Of a stretch of DNA of 64,000 bases, positions 57,192 to 64,000 are shown one piece after another. The translations under genes and the position numbers were made by a program. Location: positions 1 through 64,000 of IMG/VR virus record IMGVR_UViG_3300033997_000136; one strand, written 5' to 3'. Numbering within the stretch: position 1 is the stretch's first letter; every line of letters begins with the position of its first letter. The notes under the pieces are model-generated. The model searched no databases and was not told the origin of the DNA. It saw only the letters and a program-made list of their open reading frames with translations.

Positions 57192-58841
57192 ATGGATCAA
57201 ATAGGACTACAGACTTATCTTGAAGGGGTTCCCCATCTAAACCCCCGAATTGTGAAAGGTATTGCTACTGAACAAATGCGTCAAGCGGTTCACACCATTG
57301 ACAGTGCGATTAGTAGTATTGCCCCATCATTCCCTGATGGTCTTAAGTATGTCGGCTACAAAGTGTGCGACCCAAAGACAACGTTTTTGGAATTAACAAA
57401 GCAACGTGACGGTAATCGTCGTCGTGTGGAGTTGTCACGCAGCGATTTCTTTTTGGTGCGTTATGATTTTACGTATGACGATGGACACGGTCCTGTAAAA
57501 CTACGTCCGTGTTATTTCTGTTTACCGTTTACTGATGACCAATCGCCTATCATGTTTATTCGTGGTAAACGTTACTCCATCAGTCCAGTGTTAGCTGACC
57601 CAGCGTTTAGCATTGGTACGGATTATGTATTTGTGCCTCTGAATAAAAAGCGGGCTAACTTTGAACGAACGTATCAACATTTCTATTTAAATGGTACGAT
57701 GCATACCACGTACGTTGTATGGGCATGGCTTCACGCAAATGCCAAGCGTCGTACTGGAACAAAGAATGTGATATACAGCACCATAGCACATTACTTGTTT
57801 GCACGATACGGACTCACTGAAACCTTTAAACAATTTGCTGCGTGTGATGTCGTTGTCGGTTATGAGGAGATTAACCACACCAACTATCCAGCGGAAGAAT
57901 GGTTCATTTGCCAAAGTGCTGGCATTCCACCAAAATCAGCGAAGACGGTTGATTACAAGCCTTTCAAAAAGGGTACGTATGAATCCAGTAAACTTCGCAT
58001 TGCTATTCCTGTATCACAATACAGTCAGATGGCAATTAGTCTTGTTGGCGGTTTCTTTTACATTGTGGATAGATTCCCACAAAAAGTAGAAGCAGCATTC
58101 GTAGACAATACAGATTTGTGGATGTTGTTGCTTGGCGTAGTGATTAATGGACCAGGTGCGAGTATCGGTCTTCTTATCAATGAAGTGAAAAACCACTTAC
58201 AGTCGTTAGACGAATACGTGGACCCTATTGATAAAAAGAACTTTGAAATGGCAGGGTTAATGAACTGCGAAGATGTGTATCAACTATTTGCACACATTGT
58301 TGAGTTACTCTCACACCAACAGATGAATCGTGACCGTCGGTTGAGTAATTTGATAGGAAAGCATTTGGTGACACAACGTTATGCATTGTTTGATGTCATT
58401 AAACAAATTAACTATTTAAACTTTGCATTACGTAATGCGCAGCACAAAAAGCAGCGTTTAGACGAGATGGAATTGAACAACATTTTGCAGAAGTGGTTCA
58501 AACCAACGACCGCGTTTAAAATGACAAACGGTCATGGTGAGATTACACCAATTTCTACAGCAAGTGATAACTTGTATGTAGGGGTTACATCCTCCATGGT
58601 CAGTCAAGAGAACGCAGACCCACACAGTGGTGAGAAGTCTCGTATCACGTTAAACAACCCAGCTCGCCATTTAGATTCATCTCTACCGGTTGTGGCGACG
58701 TATAACGCCATGCGTAAATCAGACCCAACAGGACTTGACGTGATTAGTCCTTATGTCGAAATCTCCGACGATGGTCGTATTCTTCCATGTACAAAGCACG
58801 AAGCTTTATTGGAACGAGTACAGCGTGAGATATGGACCTAA
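57192..58841 (+). CDS. rpoB: Non-virion RNA polymerase beta subunit, N-terminal part (phiKZ gp123-like)
   Basis: IRGKRYSISPVLADP (FIING-type region), HYLFARYG, HSSLPV; position after MCP and gp122-like. Confidence 0.8.
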   Translation: MDQIGLQTYLEGVPHLNPRIVKGIATEQMRQAVHTIDSAISSIAPSFPDGLKYVGYKVCDPKTTFLELTKQRDGNRRRVELSRSDFFLVRYDFTYDDGHGPVKLRPCYFCLPFTDDQSPIMFIRGKRYSISPVLADPAFSIGTDYVFVPLNKKRANFERTYQHFYLNGTMHTTYVVWAWLHANAKRRTGTKNVIYSTIAHYLFARYGLTETFKQFAACDVVVGYEEINHTNYPAEEWFICQSAGIPPKSAKTVDYKPFKKGTYESSKLRIAIPVSQYSQMAISLVGGFFYIVDRFPQKVEAAFVDNTDLWMLLLGVVINGPGASIGLLINEVKNHLQSLDEYVDPIDKKNFEMAGLMNCEDVYQLFAHIVELLSHQQMNRDRRLSNLIGKHLVTQRYALFDVIKQINYLNFALRNAQHKKQRLDEMELNNILQKWFKPTTAFKMTNGHGEITPISTASDNLYVGVTSSMVSQENADPHSGEKSRITLNNPARHLDSSLPVVATYNAMRKSDPTGLDVISPYVEISDDGRILPCTKHEALLERVQREIWT

Positions 58842-58899
58842 CTGCACGATAAGCTAAACGTGTGTATAAGTACATCACAGTTATATTGAATAAATAAAG

Positions 58900-58920
58900 A
58901 GATATACATTATAACTGTGA
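58900..58920 (+). promoter_or_regulatory. Putative early promoter motif, copy 6, inside a 12-bp inverted repeat
   Basis: agatatacattataactgtga; atcacagttata (58874-58885) is the reverse complement of 58910-58921. Confidence 0.6.
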
Positions 58921-58949
58921 TACAATCCCCCACAGGAGTCGTTCTAACT

Positions 58950-60902
58950 ATGTCACAAAATTTACCAGCATTACCGGATTATCCGATAGACGAGCAATAC
59001 GTCTCTCAGCTCCCTCGGATTAATTACCAGAACTACGGTGTAGACCGTAAATTAGGTGAAGCTGTCACTGCATTGGTTGTTGATGAAATTCAACGTCGTA
59101 CTGAGCAGGAAGACAATCTTGCCTTCATGTGTTTTAACTATTACAGCTACAGCGGCTTTGAGAACAATGAGTTTGATGAACTGTTAGAAGCTGTGTTTGA
59201 TTATTTACTGGCGTATTCAGATGTAAACAACGTCGACCCGTATGAATTACTTCCTGATTTGGTGGTTGATGCGGTGACTGCAAAGTGTGCGCAATTAGCA
59301 CAAACATGTGGTTTCGACCGTTACTTCCCAGCATACCGTCAAATGGTCAGTGAAGGGATGCGTCTTGCTAATGAAATCATTAACTTCATGCGTTCAGTTT
59401 CCGCACCAGCTCCAGCACACCAGCGTGGTCCACAACAACGTACAGCACAACGTTCAGCCTATAACGGTCCTGTTCAACAAGGTCGTCAAGCGCAACAACA
59501 GCGTCCAGTAGTGCGTAGTGGTGTAGGTAATCAGATTCGTAGCGATGTTCAACAACATACGTCGATTAACCGTGCGTATACTGCACCTACAACACACGTT
59601 ACTCGTCCAGGTATCGGTGCAGTAGGTCAAGGTAATGTTACACGACCAGAGCGCGAAGTTGCTCAGCGTCCTGCAACTAATAGTCGCACATTTGTACCAA
59701 CAGGTACTGGTGCGCTTAAGACTAGCAGCTATGCTCGACCAGGTAACGCAGTACAAGCTCAATCTGCACAAAGACCAGCAGCCATTCGTTCAATGGCATC
59801 TGCTGATGCGTTTAGTAATGCGGTGCGTAAGCATTTGAATTACGACACACCAGAAGTGTACAATGTACCACTTGCTGTGTTACCAGACCACACCATTTTG
59901 TATCGTGAACAAGATGGTACAAGTCAATTAGAATACTACGGTGTCCCCACTAACCAATTAGAAGGAGTTCCAGGCGTGGACTATTTAAAACTCGAAACCG
60001 ACCCACGTGCTTTAGCGCGCGCAACGCAATCTCAAACCAAAACCAAACTGGCTGATTTACCAGCAGAAGCTCCAGCAGTACCTACTGCTGATACCAAAGA
60101 AACGTTTGTGAAAACGCTGGCACCGATTGTGTTACCTGAAACTATCCAGGCCAACACATTGTCGCAAGCTATTGCTGACGCTCAGTCTATTCTGTTCTCT
60201 ACGTTTGATATTGAACCAAACGAAAACAGAATCCTGGAATTTAAAGTGGACATGATTAACGAGCATCTGTATTGCAGTGTAGAAGATGCCGACCACATCC
60301 GTTCACTTAGCCGTAAGCAGGAATTCCACACACTTCGTGATTTGTTAAAGACTGTTCGCAGTGAAGTGGATGAAAGCGTGTACTGGGCGATTGAAGACCG
60401 TATCACGATGATGTTTAACAACACCATCGAAAGCAGCTTAGGTTTGAAAGTTAAGATTGATTCGTTCAGTCAAGACTTCGACGAGCTGATTCCTTATCTG
60501 GGTAAAAAGTATCCAAACATCAGCGAAACTGCGGTGCAGAAGTTCTTAGCTACTGCACTCTTTGCGATGACTCGTTCATTAACTGACAAAACACCAAAAG
60601 ACCCAACGAAGTACGATGGTATCTTGCGGTTATCAGTTCCTATGTACGTTGCTTTATTACCCGTTCCTGCTGGCAATTTAAACATTGCATTGATTGAACG
60701 CTTCTCGTTGTTAAGTTCAGAAACACATCCTGAGCTGCACAACATCCTGACTAACCTGATTGAACGTACTACAGATGCAAAAGGTGCAACCGTTGTATCT
60801 CGTATTGTTCGTACCATCGACGGTATCTATCTGGAAGTCAGTCAGAACGCGTTTGCCAATGACCAGGTGATGATTCGCCAGTATAAACCAAGACCGTTTT
60901 AA
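58950..60902 (+). CDS. Conserved hypothetical protein with long central disordered R/Q/A/P region
   Basis: CAGGAG SD then ATG 58950; helical N-domain, low-complexity aa 150-300, folded C-domain. Confidence 0.72.
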   Translation: MSQNLPALPDYPIDEQYVSQLPRINYQNYGVDRKLGEAVTALVVDEIQRRTEQEDNLAFMCFNYYSYSGFENNEFDELLEAVFDYLLAYSDVNNVDPYELLPDLVVDAVTAKCAQLAQTCGFDRYFPAYRQMVSEGMRLANEIINFMRSVSAPAPAHQRGPQQRTAQRSAYNGPVQQGRQAQQQRPVVRSGVGNQIRSDVQQHTSINRAYTAPTTHVTRPGIGAVGQGNVTRPEREVAQRPATNSRTFVPTGTGALKTSSYARPGNAVQAQSAQRPAAIRSMASADAFSNAVRKHLNYDTPEVYNVPLAVLPDHTILYREQDGTSQLEYYGVPTNQLEGVPGVDYLKLETDPRALARATQSQTKTKLADLPAEAPAVPTADTKETFVKTLAPIVLPETIQANTLSQAIADAQSILFSTFDIEPNENRILEFKVDMINEHLYCSVEDADHIRSLSRKQEFHTLRDLLKTVRSEVDESVYWAIEDRITMMFNNTIESSLGLKVKIDSFSQDFDELIPYLGKKYPNISETAVQKFLATALFAMTRSLTDKTPKDPTKYDGILRLSVPMYVALLPVPAGNLNIALIERFSLLSSETHPELHNILTNLIERTTDAKGATVVSRIVRTIDGIYLEVSQNAFANDQVMIRQYKPRPF

Positions 60903-60919
60903 ACGACAGTGGGGTCGTT

Positions 60920-60961
60920 AGTGGGATAGGGGTACATTTGTACCCCTTCCACTTTTTTATG
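60920..60961 (+). terminator. Intrinsic terminator
   Basis: agtgggataggggtac-attt-gtaccccttccact then ttttt; TATG at 60958. Confidence 0.65.
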
Positions 60962-60977
60962 CCCACTAAGGACATTT

Positions 60978-61205
60978 GTGAACACTCTATTGTTTTTAGT
61001 TGAAGCATGGTTATCGTTTGCAATCACAAAGCAAGCCGTACCTAAGCTAAATCGAACTGCTTACTTTCGCGACTATTTAAGACTGTACGATGTTTCAACA
61101 CTTGATGAAGAAACAAAAGTATTTGTACATGAGTGTTTATCGCATTCATCTGACGATGCATTTTATCAGCATCTCTTAACACGGACAAAACAAGTGACAC
61201 GTTGA
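60978..61205 (+). CDS. Small hypothetical protein
   Basis: 75 aa; TAAGGA SD with GTG start. Confidence 0.55.
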   Translation: MNTLLFLVEAWLSFAITKQAVPKLNRTAYFRDYLRLYDVSTLDEETKVFVHECLSHSSDDAFYQHLLTRTKQVTR

Positions 61206-61226
61206 GCGATGTGCTCAACGTGTCAC

Positions 61227-61330
61227 TATGTATCGATTTTACTCTGACATCACTTGATGTCTAAAAAAATGGCAGGAAGTACCACTTCGGTGGACGTAAA
61301 AGTAAGGGGTGTTATCACCCCTTCTTTTTT
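61227..61330 (+). ncRNA. Candidate structured late small RNA
   Basis: TATG core at 61227; hairpins 61246-61261 and 61279-61295 (C-UUCG-G loop); terminator 61304-61330. Confidence 0.35.
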
Positions 61331-61349
61331 TGTTTATTTTTTGTACACA

Positions 61350-63437
61350 CTATTCATTTGGGAATGAAGCAAGTACCTTAGGACGCATTGATGGAATAGG
61401 CACAAAGTAGCGAGCACTCGATTCTGTAAAGAACCGCACTCCAATGGTCATCTTCACATCGTGACGCGACACCCCTTGACGAAGTGTTTTGTCTTCCCAT
61501 CGGTTTAAGTTCACGACATCAAACTTAGCAGATACACCCAATCCTTTTACACTGATAGGTGCAATAGTTGGTATCTCTACTCGATGGAATGCTTCCCCTT
61601 TTGTATCAATATTACCCGGCTTAATAAACGGGATATCAAGTACACGGTACGCAGACGAGTTGATGGTTTGAATGTATTGCACAGAGTAGCTACTTAAATC
61701 ACGCATGATGTTAAGCATCGCGCGTTGTAACGCTTCAAGTGACGTTACTTTCTGTGCACTGGACTGAGTTAATTCACTTAAGATACTTGCGTAAAATAAA
61801 TCCGCGTTGTAATCATTAAAGTCTAAGAAATCAAATCCACGCTCTTGCATCCACTCTTCTAAGTTCTGTCCAGCATTAATATCACAGAACACCCCCATGT
61901 GAAAACGACGACTTGCATTCTTAAGAACACCACGACGCATGTAGTGACCTTGTTTTGCATAGTACAATCGTTTATTATTTTGATACGTGTAAATAGTGCG
62001 AACCTGTTCATAAAACGCAGCAATGGATAAATACAATCCTGTTTGAGGTGTATTGTCACGAAGCATATTGAGTTCCGCATCCGTCACATACCCAGGTATA
62101 CAGACTGCTTTTAATTGAGCTAACGTGGGTATTTGTGGATTCAACACAAAGTTGACTTTAAAACGAGGAATACGTTCTATGTTCAACCCGTTACGTCGCG
62201 CCACAATAAACCAAGCCGTTACCCATGCTTCTCGTGCAGACAAGTTAATCCGTTGACCAGTGATAGGGTGTGTGACGTTAACAAACGCGTTTAAGCGATT
62301 TGTAGCTGCGTAATACTGCCAGTGTTCTAACAACAAATCCTCAAACGAATGAGGTACACTATCTGTTGCATCAAGAAGCGCTGATTCATACACCTTTGTA
62401 TCTAACCGGTTAATCTGCGAATACGCAAATGCTGTTTCAGCTTCAACGATAGCTGTATCCACAACCCGTGGATTGTGGCGTGCCATGGAGTTCTCTAAAC
62501 GCATCACGTAATCTACTGACTTCTCTGGATTACTACCATCACCAGGGTGGTCGTTGACCGGTTCTCTAAACACCTCTATCATTGGGATAAGTTCATCCGG
62601 CATGTTGTCTAAACGATGCTTAATGACATACCGAGCCAATGGTAAGTTTCTGTCATTGATAATGTTTTGCAAGAGCAATTCAAAGGTGCTTTGTTTACCG
62701 ATGTGTTGCATGATGTATCGTAAATTACGATACAAGAACAGTTGTTGTTTTAAAGTTAAAAACGACATGTATTTATCAAGTCGACCATTGGAGGCTAAGT
62801 ATTCACGAATGTGAAACGAGTGCACCATTGGTGTACCACAGTTCTCCACACGTAAGTTTAGAATCTCAGCTAAAATGGCACCATACAAGATACCTTGCGC
62901 AACTGCAGGGTAATAGTCGTCTGTGATTTCATATCCTGTTACATTCCAACGCGTTGATACGTTGTAAATGTGTTGTTGCAACCGAGGAATTAAATTCTCT
63001 TCTTGTGGTTCAACTAATGTTCTATCGTAATAAAGAATAGTACCATCAGGTGCATCAATGGCATATTGTCTATCAATAGGGTTTAATATCCCTTGAATCA
63101 AATCTTCTTGCAATGGAAATTTTTTGACTAAATCTCTGTAATAAAAACTACCATACGCGTAGGCGCGTGCTGTCGCTTTATGTATCTGTAAATTCTCTTT
63201 AGTGAACTGAATAGTTTCTAAAGTATCTAATGAGACTACTTCCATCATGCTGTCAGTGATATGGTAGTCACCTGCTAAATTCGCATAATACTTATATTGA
63301 CGAACGTCTTCTTCAGAATAGCCGTGTGAGATTAACATGTACTGATTAACACGTTCAGCAGTGATTGTTGATTTTACTATCATGGTAAATGCAAGTTGTA
63401 GACATTTAGCACGGTATACGTTAAAAAAGCTTGACAT
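61350..63437 (-). CDS. Virion structural protein (phiKZ gp128-like)
   Basis: 695 aa; YKYYANLAGDYH, SLDTLETIQFTKE, HSFHIREYLAS; divergent from the portal. Confidence 0.78.
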   Translation of the reverse strand: MSSFFNVYRAKCLQLAFTMIVKSTITAERVNQYMLISHGYSEEDVRQYKYYANLAGDYHITDSMMEVVSLDTLETIQFTKENLQIHKATARAYAYGSFYYRDLVKKFPLQEDLIQGILNPIDRQYAIDAPDGTILYYDRTLVEPQEENLIPRLQQHIYNVSTRWNVTGYEITDDYYPAVAQGILYGAILAEILNLRVENCGTPMVHSFHIREYLASNGRLDKYMSFLTLKQQLFLYRNLRYIMQHIGKQSTFELLLQNIINDRNLPLARYVIKHRLDNMPDELIPMIEVFREPVNDHPGDGSNPEKSVDYVMRLENSMARHNPRVVDTAIVEAETAFAYSQINRLDTKVYESALLDATDSVPHSFEDLLLEHWQYYAATNRLNAFVNVTHPITGQRINLSAREAWVTAWFIVARRNGLNIERIPRFKVNFVLNPQIPTLAQLKAVCIPGYVTDAELNMLRDNTPQTGLYLSIAAFYEQVRTIYTYQNNKRLYYAKQGHYMRRGVLKNASRRFHMGVFCDINAGQNLEEWMQERGFDFLDFNDYNADLFYASILSELTQSSAQKVTSLEALQRAMLNIMRDLSSYSVQYIQTINSSAYRVLDIPFIKPGNIDTKGEAFHRVEIPTIAPISVKGLGVSAKFDVVNLNRWEDKTLRQGVSRHDVKMTIGVRFFTESSARYFVPIPSMRPKVLASFPNE

Positions 63438-63559
63438 GAGGGAACTCCGTTCAAGTCGTCATTCAATGGCTATATTATCCCCGATTAATGTTTATAGTAA
63501 TCACCAATAATCTGAGCCTATCTTATTTTTTAACCACATCGATGTGAGTAGGGATTTTT

Positions 63560-64000
63560 ATGACTAAAAGAGCCGATATTCGGACAGCTGATCACCGTCG
63601 ACGTGTTCAAGCATCGATTATTCGTAAGCTAGTGGCAGACCCACAGCTAAACCCGTCGTATGACAGCGAAGGGAACCGTAGACTTGGCCAACCACCGACA
63701 ACGTTAGCTAACACTATTTCAACGACAACAGCGCAGATATTGGATGATGTAGAATCGTTACGTCAGCTATTGCCTGACGTTGAAGTTGTAGACCAAATTT
63801 TGATTAGCAGTATCTTATCACCCAAAGATTTGTCTACACCTCATTTGACGTACTCTGCTGAGATTGAATCAGAATCCACAGAGTTATTGGGGTTAATGTT
63901 AAATTACGTGGAAGACTTTTTCACTAAAACATATCAGATTAACAAGAAGCTTCCTACGATGCTTCGTGATATGTTGTTTAAAACAGGTAGTCACATTAGT
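63560..64000 (+). CDS. Portal protein, 5-prime part, truncated by the window end (phiKZ gp129-like)
   Basis: Hand translation from ATG 63560 is open to 64000 and contains LLPDVEVVDQILISSILSPKD. Confidence 0.8.
   Translation, partial: MTKRADIRTADHRRRVQASIIRKLVADPQLNPSYDSEGNRRLGQPPTTLANTISTTTAQILDDVESLRQLLPDVEVVDQILISSILSPKDLSTPHLTYSAEIESESTELLGLMLNYVEDFFTKTYQINKKLPTMLRDMLFKTGSHIS

Noticed and set aside
1-64000. tRNA, rRNA, integrase or host genes
   Set aside because: Intergenic gaps are short and show no cloverleaf I can fold. All recognisable genes are phage-type, so there is no sign of a prophage boundary.

Overview
This is a 64 kb segment of a phiKZ-like, nucleus-forming jumbo phage (Chimalliviridae). 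The identification rests on protein motifs plus gene order as I recall it from phiKZ, so all phiKZ gp numbers are homology/synteny inferences, not search results. The left part holds the core block: SbcD nuclease, ChmC-like RNA-binding protein, gp68-like nvRNAP subunit, PicA/Imp1-like importer, nvRNAP beta and beta-prime halves, SF2 helicase and a virion RNAP beta-prime fragment. An accessory insert follows (22.1-27.6 kb, includes dcd), then the exonuclease half of the split family-B DNA polymerase and a long head/baseplate module. A second accessory insert (tmk plus small genes) precedes DnaB, major capsid protein, nvRNAP beta N-half, a gp128-like protein and the truncated portal. I saw no tRNA, CRISPR array, intron, intein or integrase. 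The most notable signals are: (1) a U-UUU-UUU -1 slippery site joining two overlapping ORFs in a tail-chaperone G/GT-like layout; (2) head-protein propeptides carrying T/S-x-Q|S/G/A motifs where phiKZ-like phages have x-x-E, implying a Gln-specific maturation protease; (3) a hypothetical protein ending in CEDGACKI, nearly the E. coli NrdA redox tail CESGACKI; (4) an 862-aa apparent head polyprotein; (5) a 49-bp identical terminator repeat closing accessory inserts; (6) a candidate late sRNA with a UUCG tetraloop.
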